A DNA stretch of 64,000 nt, taken from positions 14,072-78,071 of the forward strand of contig JAMDDE010000001.1 of the NCBI GenBank assembly GCA_023489235.1, written 5' to 3'. Positions 1 to 8,476 of the stretch are shown in pieces. Origin of the DNA: Actinomycetota bacterium. Lineage in GTDB: Bacteria; Actinomycetota; Acidimicrobiia; Acidimicrobiales; JAMDDE01. The notes below the pieces were generated by a model. The model was not told where the DNA came from, did not search any database, and was given only the letters and a program-made list of their open reading frames with translations. Every line of letters begins with the position of its first letter. Position 1 is the stretch's first letter. The position numbers and the translations under genes are program-made.

Positions 1-1646
1 CTGGCGAGCTCATCCCTGGAGATGGAGAGGTGATCGAAGGGGTGGCTGCCGTAGACGAATCGGCTATCACCGGGGAGTCTGCTCCTGTGATCAGAGAGTC
101 AGGAGGAGATCGCAGTGCCGTCACTGGAGGGACCAAAGTGATATCCGACAGGTTGCGGATCAAGATCACTGCGGACCGCGGCGAAAGCTTTCTGGACAGG
201 ATGATATCCTTGATTGAAGCTGCAAAACGTCAAAAGACACCCAATGAGATAGCACTGGCGCTTTTGCTGGCAGGATTGACATTGATCTTCTTGGTCGTGG
301 TCATGACCCTTGCTCCGTTCTCCTCCTACTCCCACACCACTGTCTCGATAACCGTGCTGATTGCCCTACTCGTCGCTCTGGCTCCTACGACGATAGGTGG
401 ATTGCTATCCGCCATTGGTATATCCGGTATGAATCGCTTGTTCGAAGCCAACGTACTGGCTCTATCGGGTAGAGCAGTCGAGGCTGCCGGCGACGTCAAC
501 GTCATCATGTTGGACAAGACCGGTACGCTTACTCTAGGCAATAGGTACGCTACTGAGTTCGTACCAGCAAAAGGGGTGAGTGAGCAAAAGTTGGCAGAAG
601 CAGCTCAGCTCTCTTCGCTTGCCGACGAGACTCCCGAGGGACGTTCCATTGTGGTATTTGCCAAGGAACACTATGGGTTGCGAGAACAGACCATTGCCGA
701 TCGCAAGGCCACATTCGTGCCCTTCAGTGCTCAGACACGTATGAGTGGAGTCAACTATGACGGTCATGAGCTGCGGAAAGGCGCAGTTGATGCCGTAACG
801 GACTGGGTTGGCGGAGAGCTCCCACCAGATGTCTCGGATACAGTGGCTCGCATATCCAATGAAGGAGGAACTCCTCTGCTCGTTGGAGAGGACAGAAAGC
901 TGCTAGGGGTCATCTACTTAAAAGACGTGGTAAAAGAAGGGATCAAGGAGAGACTGGCTGCACTGCGACGCAGTGGCATCAAGACCGTTATGATCACTGG
1001 AGACAACCCAGTCACGGCTGCAGCAATTGCCAAAGAGGTGGGGGTAGACGACTTCTTGGCCGAAGCTACACCGGAGAAGAAGATGGAGTTCGTCAAGTCC
1101 ACTCGTGCCCAGGGATACATGGTGGGTATGGTAGGAGATGGAACCAACGATGCTCCTGCCTTAGCTAATGCAGACGTGGCTGTGGCCATGAACACCGGAA
1201 CCATGGCCGCTCGTGAAGCTGGTAATATGATAGACTTGGACTCGAACCCAACCAAGCTCATCGAGATCGTAGAAGTGGGGAAGCAAATACTAATCACTAG
1301 AGGTGCTCTTACCACCTTCTCGGTAGCTAATGACGTAGCCAAATACTTCGCTATCATTCCAGCCATGTTCATGGTAGCTTTTCCTGGATTGGCGGCACTC
1401 AACATCATGCATCTTACTTCTCCACGAAGCGCTATACTTTCTGCGATCATCTTCAATGCCCTGATTATTCCTGCCCTTATTCCTCTAGCATTGCGTGGGG
1501 TTAAATACAAGGCCGCTGAAGCAGCAGTTATCTTGAGAAAGAACTTGCTCGTCTATGGGCTAGGAGGGCTTGTCCTTCCTTTCATAGGCATCAAATTGAT
1601 CGACATGGTGGTAACCGTTCTGCATCTCGTCTCGGTGGCCCATTGA
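1..1646 (+). CDS. kdpB: Potassium-transporting P-type ATPase subunit B, 5' end cut by the window edge
   Basis: The frame is open from the window start ([13 protein letters not shown]...). DKTGTLT phosphorylation motif and [13 protein letters not shown] hinge motif are present. kdpC follows directly. Confidence 0.95.
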   Translation, partial: GELIPGDGEVIEGVAAVDESAITGESAPVIRESGGDRSAVTGGTKVISDRLRIKITADRGESFLDRMISLIEAAKRQKTPNEIALALLLAGLTLIFLVVVMTLAPFSSYSHTTVSITVLIALLVALAPTTIGGLLSAIGISGMNRLFEANVLALSGRAVEAAGDVNVIMLDKTGTLTLGNRYATEFVPAKGVSEQKLAEAAQLSSLADETPEGRSIVVFAKEHYGLREQTIADRKATFVPFSAQTRMSGVNYDGHELRKGAVDAVTDWVGGELPPDVSDTVARISNEGGTPLLVGEDRKLLGVIYLKDVVKEGIKERLAALRRSGIKTVMITGDNPVTAAAIAKEVGVDDFLAEATPEKKMEFVKSTRAQGYMVGMVGDGTNDAPALANADVAVAMNTGTMAAREAGNMIDLDSNPTKLIEIVEVGKQILITRGALTTFSVANDVAKYFAIIPAMFMVAFPGLAALNIMHLTSPRSAILSAIIFNALIIPALIPLALRGVKYKAAEAAVILRKNLLVYGLGGLVLPFIGIKLIDMVVTVLHLVSVAH

Positions 1647-1677
1647 GGAAGAGCAAGAGTGAGGTAAGGAGTCAGCT

Positions 1678-2262
1678 ATGACCTTCAGAATGTTATGGGC
1701 TTCATTCAAGTTGATCATCTTAGCTACGTTGGTCATTGGACTTGGCTATACGTTTGCCATGACTGGCTTAGCAGAGGCACTCTTTCCCCATCAGGCCAAT
1801 GGCTCTCTCATCACTTATCATGGAAGGACAGTTGGGTCTAGCTTGGTTGGTCAACAGTTCACCTCGCTTAAGTTCTTCCAAGGACGTCCTTCGGCGACTA
1901 CTCCTCCTTACAACGCAGCAGACTCATCTCCCAGCAATTTTGGACCTACCAATCCAAAACTTCTTGAAGAAATAGATAGTAACTTGCATCGGTTTCTTCG
2001 AGAGAATCCAGGAGTTAAAGCTGATCAAGTTCCACCTGCTATGGTGGAGAGCTCAGGGAGTGGTCTGGACCCTGATATACCAGTGGAAGGAGCGATACTT
2101 CAAGCTCCTAGGGTGGCACGGATGAATCATTTGAGCATACAGGAGGTCGATCACTTGATTCATCAACATATCCATGGAAGATTTTTAGGTATATTTGGGC
2201 ATTCTTACGTCAATGTATTAAAGTTAAATCTTGCTTTAGAACAATTGAAAAATGATAAATAG
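1678..2262 (+). CDS. kdpC: Potassium-transporting ATPase subunit C
   Basis: 194 aa with one N-terminal TM helix and an SGSGLDPDI motif typical of KdpC. AAGGAG RBS upstream, and the gene sits directly after kdpB. Confidence 0.85.
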   Translation: MTFRMLWASFKLIILATLVIGLGYTFAMTGLAEALFPHQANGSLITYHGRTVGSSLVGQQFTSLKFFQGRPSATTPPYNAADSSPSNFGPTNPKLLEEIDSNLHRFLRENPGVKADQVPPAMVESSGSGLDPDIPVEGAILQAPRVARMNHLSIQEVDHLIHQHIHGRFLGIFGHSYVNVLKLNLALEQLKNDK

Positions 2263-2307
2263 CTACTATAACAATGCTTTTATTCTCTGCACTTTATTTG
2301 AGGTTGC

Positions 2308-2397
2308 ATGAACATGAGTTACGTGATAGGTATTTTATCAGTAGTAGTATTATTTTGGTTGTTCGTACTATATGTACGGGCTTGCGACAGACTGTGA
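2308..2397 (+). CDS. Candidate 29-aa hydrophobic peptide (MNMSYVIGILSVVVLFWLFVLYVRACDRL), possible KdpF-like paralogue
   Basis: Hand-translated short ORF in the AT-rich kdpC-kdpD spacer. It has one predicted TM helix and the same length and MN start as the neighbouring KdpF-like ORF. No clear RBS. Confidence 0.3.
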   Translation: MNMSYVIGILSVVVLFWLFVLYVRACDRL

Positions 2398-2504
2398 CTT
2401 ACTACCTTGACGTTGTATATTTACGGGGTTGTGGATAGAGAAGGCTATATGTTGCTCAAAGCATACTTAGATGAAAATAAGTATATTGCAAGGTGGATGT
2501 GGCG

Positions 2505-2594
2505 ATGAATATTATAGAGATAATCTCTTTCATAGTAGCTATTCTCTTAGCAATATTTATGTTCTTTGCTATGCTATTTCCTGAGAAGCTCTAA
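2505..2594 (+). CDS. kdpF: KdpF-like 29-aa membrane peptide (MNIIEIISFIVAILLAIFMFFAMLFPEKL)
   Basis: Hand-translated and absent from the ORF track (under 60 aa). AGGTGGA RBS-like motif upstream. Single TM helix, and the C-terminal LFPEKL resembles the LLFPEKF / PE(K/R)F ending I remember for KdpF peptides. Confidence 0.55.
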   Translation: MNIIEIISFIVAILLAIFMFFAMLFPEKL

Positions 2595-2734
2595 TATATT
2601 ATTCATAAGCAAAATACTTAGTAAATTCCTCTGATGATACTCCTCTTACTTTGGGGATTATCATGGGATAACATTGGATATATTGATACAATAAGCAAAG
2701 GTTATACTACGAGTCAGTTTGTTATCTGATAGCC

Positions 2735-2776
2735 GTTCATCGAATGAACCAAAAATGAACTAAAGTTTAAGTTCAT
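2735..2776. promoter_or_regulatory. Array of four GTTCAT/ATGAAC hexamers (two dyads) about 80-120 bp upstream of kdpD
   Basis: GTTCAT(2735-2740)-cga-ATGAAC(2744-2749)-caaaa-ATGAAC(2755-2760)-N10-GTTCAT(2771-2776), read directly. The function is inferred only. Confidence 0.35.
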
Positions 2777-2855
2777 AGATATGTTAATGAAGATGACGGC
2801 CTCCTATCTGCTGTAAACTGATGGTTGCTCATAGCAAACTGCAGGAGAATATGGA

Positions 2856-5537
2856 TTGACACGGGGTCAGTTGCGCATTTATCTAGGAGCTGCTCCAGGC
2901 GTAGGAAAAACCTATGCCATGCTAAACGAGGGATGGAGAAGGTTCAACAGAGGAACTGATGTCGTTGTTGGCGCTCTTCATACTCATAGCAGGCCTCACA
3001 CCATTGCTCAACTGAGAGATCTCGAGGTAGTTGGATCCAAGAAAGTCGTAAATGGAGTCCTCTCCGAGGTTGTAATGGACCTCGATGCCTTGCTCCTTCG
3101 GAGAGCACGGGTCATCTTGGTGGACGAGCTGGAGCAGTACAACCCTCCGGGGCATCCTCATCAGCGGAGGTGGCAAGACGTGGAGAGGCTTCTGCAAGAG
3201 GGCATGACGGTCATTACCACCTTGGACATCACCCATCTGGAATCGCTCAAGGATGTCGTGGAGTCTATAACCGATGTGGCGCAAATAGCCACTGTCCCAG
3301 ATGCCTTCGTGCGTACGGCCGATCAAATTGAACTGGTTGACATGACCCCTGAGGCTCTGTTGCGCAGATTTGCACACGGCAACATCTACCCCTCCGGCAA
3401 GGTTGATCCAGTTGCCTCCAGCTACTTCAAACCAGAGGTACTAGCTGGACTACGAGAACTATCACTGTACTGGTTGGCTGATCGCGTAGACGAGTACCTC
3501 AAGGCACGACTCTCGCCAGAGGATGTGCCTCGGCACTGGGAGACGAGAGAACGCATAGTGGTGGCTATGACTGGAGCCCCCAGTACGGAAGAGCTGATCA
3601 GACGTGGTGCAAGAATGGCTTCCAGGACGAAAGGGGAGCTAATTGGTGTCCATGTTCATAGGGTTGACGGACTGAGGGTGGACTACGAGGACTGTCCAGC
3701 TACCTTTCACAAAGAGCTCCTGTCGGCACTTGGAGGTACCTACCATGAGATCACCGGCGAGGACATAGGAAAAGCGCTTGTGGCGTTCGGTCAGTCGCAT
3801 CGAGCAACACGAATCGTCATAGGAGCAAGCAGGCGCTCCCGACTATTCGAGCTATTGCACGGGTCAATCATCTCCACAGTGGTTCATGGAGCAGGGCCGA
3901 TCGATGTACATGTCATTTCCAACCAACGTGATCAGCTCGACAAAGTAGATGGGTCACCCAGTAACTCCATCAAAAAACTGGGCAAGTCCTTGAGCTCCAA
4001 ATTATCGACTCACAACTGGCCCATGCTCAGAACCACTCGTCGCATGGGATGGTTGGCTGCCTTGATAGGCCTTGTACTGTTGTGGGCATGGATGAGTCGT
4101 GCTGGATCCACTGCGAGCGTGCAAACTGGACTCATAGCCTACGGCTTAGTGGTCGCCATGGTAGCTGCAGTGAGTGGTTTCGTGACAGCCATGGTAGCTG
4201 CAGTAGCAGCAAGCGCGCTCGCCGAGTGGAGGCCAATGCTGCCCTTTTTAACCAGAGTTCCTTCTGCACCAGCAGAAACAGGGTCGAGCCATGCTAGCGT
4301 TCTCGTGTTCATGGTCAGCGCTGGAGTGGTAGCTTGGTTGGTAACCTTATTCGCCAAGAAGTCTGCCTCGTATGCACGCTCTCGTCTTGAGGCTGAATCA
4401 CTGGCAAGGATGTCGGCTGCATTAGTAGGAGAACCTGATCCCATACCGCTCTTGCTGGATCAGCTTCGTACAACATTTTCCTTGGAGGGGGCCTCGCTTC
4501 TCTCTCCTAGCGACTCCGGATTCAATGTCTTGGCAACCGCAGGTAGTAAACCACCGTTAAATCCATCACAAGCGAGCGATACCATACTCCTTCCTACCGG
4601 ATCAATAGTAGCTCTTTCCGGTGAGGACCTCGATGCCTCGGATCAGCAGCTTTTGCAGGCATTCTGTGCTCAGCTAGGTGTTGCAGCCGATAGAAGACGA
4701 CTCCAAGCCGTAGCTGATAAAGCAAGTTCTCTAGCAGAGGCAGACAAGGTTCGAACTGCACTGTTAGCTGCAGTTTCACATGACCTCAGAACTCCTTTGG
4801 CCTCGATAAAAGCCAGCACGACTAGCTTGCTTCAAGAAGAGGTGGACTGGTCTATCGAGGAAAGGCGCATCTTCTTGGAGACGATTGATGCCGAGACGGA
4901 CAGGTTGAATCGACTCGTCTCCAATCTCTTGGATATGAGCCGCCTCCAGACAGGTAGTTGCAATGTCCAGTTGAGAGAGGTGGACTTAGAAGATGTTGTA
5001 TACCAAGCTATCCAAAGCATAGGGACAACAAGTGTGAACATCCAGCTTCAGCTGCCACCAGATCTGCCACCGTTACTGCTTGATCCTGCACTTGCCGAGA
5101 GAGCCATCGCCAATGCAGTGAGCAATGCCTGTGGATGGGCTCCACCGGCAAGTGTTGTTCGCCTCGGCGCAGAGTTGCTGGTGGATAGGGTAGTGCTGAG
5201 AGTTTCCGATAGTGGACCCGGTATCCCCGCTCATCAGCGAGACGATGTGTTCAAGCCATTTCAGCGCTTTGGAGACACCCCAGGCAGAAACGGAGTGGGG
5301 CTGGGACTAGCTGTAACCAAGGGGTTCATCGAGGCTATGGGTGGAAGCGTGCACATAGAAGAGACTCCGGGTGGGGGCTGCACAGTAGCCATGCATCTTC
5401 CTTCGGTGGCTCCCCACTCGGAGGAGGCCACTGCTGTAACTGCCTTGTACGAACAGAACAACCACCAACAGCTGACCACTGCTTTATCCAACTCGTCTTT
5501 ATCCAACTCTTCCAACTCGGACACAAATAGTTCGTAG
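2856..5537 (+). CDS. kdpD: Sensor histidine kinase KdpD
   Basis: TTG start with AGGAGA RBS. N-terminal KdpD domain with GAAPGVGKTYAML P-loop, a central TM block, HDLRTPL H-box and a C-terminal ATPase domain. kdpE follows. Confidence 0.93.
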   Translation: MTRGQLRIYLGAAPGVGKTYAMLNEGWRRFNRGTDVVVGALHTHSRPHTIAQLRDLEVVGSKKVVNGVLSEVVMDLDALLLRRARVILVDELEQYNPPGHPHQRRWQDVERLLQEGMTVITTLDITHLESLKDVVESITDVAQIATVPDAFVRTADQIELVDMTPEALLRRFAHGNIYPSGKVDPVASSYFKPEVLAGLRELSLYWLADRVDEYLKARLSPEDVPRHWETRERIVVAMTGAPSTEELIRRGARMASRTKGELIGVHVHRVDGLRVDYEDCPATFHKELLSALGGTYHEITGEDIGKALVAFGQSHRATRIVIGASRRSRLFELLHGSIISTVVHGAGPIDVHVISNQRDQLDKVDGSPSNSIKKLGKSLSSKLSTHNWPMLRTTRRMGWLAALIGLVLLWAWMSRAGSTASVQTGLIAYGLVVAMVAAVSGFVTAMVAAVAASALAEWRPMLPFLTRVPSAPAETGSSHASVLVFMVSAGVVAWLVTLFAKKSASYARSRLEAESLARMSAALVGEPDPIPLLLDQLRTTFSLEGASLLSPSDSGFNVLATAGSKPPLNPSQASDTILLPTGSIVALSGEDLDASDQQLLQAFCAQLGVAADRRRLQAVADKASSLAEADKVRTALLAAVSHDLRTPLASIKASTTSLLQEEVDWSIEERRIFLETIDAETDRLNRLVSNLLDMSRLQTGSCNVQLREVDLEDVVYQAIQSIGTTSVNIQLQLPPDLPPLLLDPALAERAIANAVSNACGWAPPASVVRLGAELLVDRVVLRVSDSGPGIPAHQRDDVFKPFQRFGDTPGRNGVGLGLAVTKGFIEAMGGSVHIEETPGGGCTVAMHLPSVAPHSEEATAVTALYEQNNHQQLTTALSNSSLSNSSNSDTNSS

Positions 5538-5539
5538 CC

Positions 5540-6223
5540 ATGAACGAAAAGCTCTTGTTAGTGGATGACGAAGCACCATTCGTAAGAGCAGTAACTCTCA
5601 ACTTACGTGCTCATGGTTACGACGTCGAGTGGGCCACTTCCGCAAAAGAAGCACTGGAGGCTGCAAGTCGCCTACATCCTGATGTCATCATCCTGGATCT
5701 TGGCCTCCCCGGTATGGATGGTTTCGATCTTCTGTCTGCATTCCGTGCCTGGTTGAAGGTGCCTATCATCATCCTCTCTGCTCGAGACGCAGAAGCTACG
5801 AAGATCGCTTGTCTAGACGCAGGTGCAGATGACTACGTAACCAAACCGTTCGCTATGGGTGAACTATTGGCGCGAGTTCGTGCTGTACTGAGACGAGCTA
5901 CGCCACTGGACGAGCGTCCAACTGTCGATGTAGGAGATTTGCATATAGATCTAGTTGCAAAACGAGTCCTGAGAGATGGCCAAGAGATTCGCTTAACCCC
6001 TACAGAGTGGCAACTAGTGTCCACGCTGGTACGCAATCGAGGTTGCCTGGTCTCGCAACGCCAACTGCTCCAAGAGGTATGGGGACCCAACTATAGTACC
6101 GAGACGAATTATTTGCGAGTCTACATGGCTCGTATCCGGCACAAGCTAGAGCCCGATCCAACTCGCGCACGCTATTTCATCACCGAGCCAGGTATGGGGT
6201 ACCGCTTCGCAGCTGAACAATGA
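5540..6223 (+). CDS. kdpE: OmpR-family response regulator KdpE
   Basis: Receiver domain (LLVDDE ... DLGLPGMDG) plus a winged-helix C-terminus (...GMGYRF). Starts 3 bp after the kdpD stop. Confidence 0.9.
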   Translation: MNEKLLLVDDEAPFVRAVTLNLRAHGYDVEWATSAKEALEAASRLHPDVIILDLGLPGMDGFDLLSAFRAWLKVPIIILSARDAEATKIACLDAGADDYVTKPFAMGELLARVRAVLRRATPLDERPTVDVGDLHIDLVAKRVLRDGQEIRLTPTEWQLVSTLVRNRGCLVSQRQLLQEVWGPNYSTETNYLRVYMARIRHKLEPDPTRARYFITEPGMGYRFAAEQ

Positions 6224-6377
6224 TTGCACGAGCTATCTATCTTCGACGGTAGATACTGAAAGTAAAATTCCAGATGCAACTGGTCGAATATGGGTCGGTC
6301 CGCTATCTTGACCAAACTGTGACTTCTCTCTACTTAGAGGACCAAGATTTTCGACGTGTTCTTGCTGAGGCAAAACT

Positions 6378-6956
6378 CTAAGGAACTGCTCTGAGCCGAG
6401 ATAGCTCTATCTCCTTTTCAGTGCTCGAGGTTGCCCTCGCCGCTAGCCGACCAGAGAAAGCAACCCCCTCTCCTTCCTCTGCTTGGTTGGCCGCCAGCTC
6501 CGAGGACTTTTCCTTCACTTGTTCAAGCTTGAGGATGGCAGCATCTATCTCCTCCATCACCCCTGACAAAGGCAGAACATTGAGCACTCCCTGACCACCC
6601 GCGAGCAAATCTATTACCTCCTCGCCGGATTTCGTCAGAACAGACCTGTTCCCAGAGAGAACTAGGTTGGTGCTGGCTAGGTCTTCCCCTAGCCCTTCTC
6701 TCAGACAATCAACAGCCCTCCGAGCAGATCGTAGACTGAGTCCTGCATCCAGCAAACTCTTTATTACCTTGAGCTGAAGGAGGTCCCGATACGAGTAGAG
6801 CCGTTGGCTCCCGCTTCCTCTCGCTTCCGCCAGCGAGGGTCGTAGTAAACCTGTTCTAGCCCAATAATCCAATTGGCGGTAGCTTATGCCTACTATAGAA
6901 CAGACTTGTGGGCCCCTAAACCCCTCTTCAGTCATTGAAGCGTCTCCTCCACTCAC
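6378..6956 (-). CDS. MerR-family transcriptional regulator
   Basis: N-terminal MerR helix-turn-helix (VCSIVGISYRQLDYWARTGLLRPS). It is divergent from the gcv genes, as in actinobacterial MerR-gcv neighbourhoods. Confidence 0.85.
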   Translation of the reverse strand: MSGGDASMTEEGFRGPQVCSIVGISYRQLDYWARTGLLRPSLAEARGSGSQRLYSYRDLLQLKVIKSLLDAGLSLRSARRAVDCLREGLGEDLASTNLVLSGNRSVLTKSGEEVIDLLAGGQGVLNVLPLSGVMEEIDAAILKLEQVKEKSSELAANQAEEGEGVAFSGRLAARATSSTEKEIELSRLRAVP

Positions 6957-7253
6957 ACCCTACACGCCCGATGGAACCACAACGAGTTTACACCAATCTG
7001 GTGGTATAGCTAAGTATAAGGTATAGGTTGGTTAAAGCAATACCTCCTCAACCTCCACTAGAGGAGCTAACCGAAGATCACCTCCCACGTCCCTGGCTTA
7101 TATCCCTGGGGAAGATGTCAGAAGATATGCCGAACAGCAGCGAGAGGTGTTCCTGCAAGTGAAGTGAGGCTAACCAACCATAGGCGGGACAAAAACGAAT
7201 GGACTATATGGTGTTAGCCGTAACCCACCAAGAGTTGCTAAGGTCGATACATA

Positions 7254-7361
7254 ATGAAACGAATAACCCGAATACTCAAATGGCCCTTGGCGGTTGCAGC
7301 GACCGGAGGAGCGATAGCCTCAGTCTGGTGGTTCGCTCTTCGACCAAGACGAAAAGGGTAA
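7254..7361 (+). CDS. Candidate 35-aa single-TM peptide (MKRITRILKWPLAVAATGGAIASVWWFALRPRRKG) just upstream of gcvT
   Basis: Hand-translated ATG ORF ending 10 nt before the gcvT start. No obvious RBS, so it may be non-coding leader sequence. Confidence 0.2.
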   Translation: MKRITRILKWPLAVAATGGAIASVWWFALRPRRKG

Positions 7362-7371
7362 GGACTACACA

Positions 7372-8469
7372 GTGACGGAGGGCATCACTTACGATCTTCA
7401 TCGTAGTGAGGCAACTGAGCTTCGCTCGTCCCCTTTGCTCTCCGAGCACAGGGACGCTGGTGCCAAAGTTACAGAGTTCGGAGGGTTCTTAGTCCCTTTG
7501 TCCTATCCTAGTGGGATAATTGCTGAACACCTAGCCTGCCGGAACGATGCTGCTGTATTCGATGTGAGTCACCTTGGCACGGTCTTGCTTACAGGGAGGG
7601 ATCTGCAAGAGCGTATACAAGTAACTTTGAGCAACGACTTGAGGAAGATACAGCCAGGTCGTACTCAATACAGTCATTTGCTGGACGACTCAGATGGGTC
7701 GGTCTTGGACGACGTAATCATATGGTGGATATCTCCCGAGGTAGCTCATGTCATGCCCAATGCGACCAACACTGAAAGGGTGTGCAAAGCACTCGGTGGC
7801 ACGGACATAACCAGTCAAAGAGCTGTACTGGCTGTACAAGGTCCTCATGCGCGAGACAAATTAGCCAAACTCTCACCACAAGCTGCTGCTGTTCCACACA
7901 ATCATGTAAAAGAGTTCGAGTGGCATGGGGTCACCGCTATCGCCTCTGGTACAGGATACACGGGGGAGGATGGAGTGGAATGCGCTATTGCATCCTCCGT
8001 CTGTAGGGAATTCTGGCGAGCTCTCCTGGATGTGGGAGTTACTCCAGCTGGTCTTGGTGCTCGGGATACCTTGAGGCTCGAAGCAGGTCTCCCCTTGTAT
8101 GGACATGAACTAGGACCAGGTATAACTCCGCTACAAGCAGGGCTTGATTGGGTGATTGGTTGGGAGAAGGGATACTTCATGGGCCGTAGAGCACTCGAAC
8201 TGGAGCGAGAACGAGGAGTGAACAGGCACCTTCGCGGTATCTTGTGCGAGGGGAGGCGTCCAGCGAGGGAGGGGTTTGCTGTACTTTTGGATGGCACTGA
8301 AGTCGGAGTAGTAACCAGTGGAAATTACTCGCCGATGCTCGAGAGGGGGATAGCGCTAGCCTTGTGTGGTAATTCGGTAAACCTTGGTGACAAGGTAAAG
8401 CTAGTCATGGATAAGAAAGTTGTCATGGGAACCATCGTCGACACACCCTTCTACAGGGCAAAGCGATAA
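7372..8469 (+). CDS. gcvT: Glycine cleavage system aminomethyltransferase (T protein)
   Basis: 365 aa with GcvT-like sequence throughout (AGAKVTEFGGFLVPLSY, DVSHLG, TGYTGEDG). Followed by gcvPA and gcvPB. Confidence 0.92.
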   Translation: MTEGITYDLHRSEATELRSSPLLSEHRDAGAKVTEFGGFLVPLSYPSGIIAEHLACRNDAAVFDVSHLGTVLLTGRDLQERIQVTLSNDLRKIQPGRTQYSHLLDDSDGSVLDDVIIWWISPEVAHVMPNATNTERVCKALGGTDITSQRAVLAVQGPHARDKLAKLSPQAAAVPHNHVKEFEWHGVTAIASGTGYTGEDGVECAIASSVCREFWRALLDVGVTPAGLGARDTLRLEAGLPLYGHELGPGITPLQAGLDWVIGWEKGYFMGRRALELERERGVNRHLRGILCEGRRPAREGFAVLLDGTEVGVVTSGNYSPMLERGIALALCGNSVNLGDKVKLVMDKKVVMGTIVDTPFYRAKR

Positions 8470-8476
8470 CAGGACG

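Noticed and set aside
914-1510. 198-aa minus-strand ORF inside kdpB, and similar long antisense ORFs (e.g. 2922-3377, 7902-8297, 14877-15245, 40032-40499, 42854-43261, 60966-61406)
   Set aside because: All are nested antisense to, or out of frame within, genes with unambiguous conserved motifs. Long spurious ORFs are expected at this GC content.
6224-6377. Intrinsic terminator between the convergent kdpE and MerR genes
   Set aside because: I saw only a weak AT-rich imperfect hairpin (tatctatc...ggtagata) without a U-tract, which is not enough to call a terminator.
7040-7200. Calling a glycine riboswitch upstream of gcvT
   Set aside because: Only scattered fragments resemble the aptamer core (ACCGAAG, GCCGAAC, AGGCGGGAC). 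I could not assemble the P1-P3 architecture or the conserved GGAGAG and CUCAGGCAAAAGGAC blocks by eye. I kept it as a question in the findings rather than listing it as a feature.
8420-8476. Upstream extension of gcvPA overlapping gcvT by 50 nt
   Set aside because: The ATG at 8477 gives the conserved GcvPA N-terminus (MSDFAPHTDDDV...). The extension is just an open frame across the gcvT 3' end.
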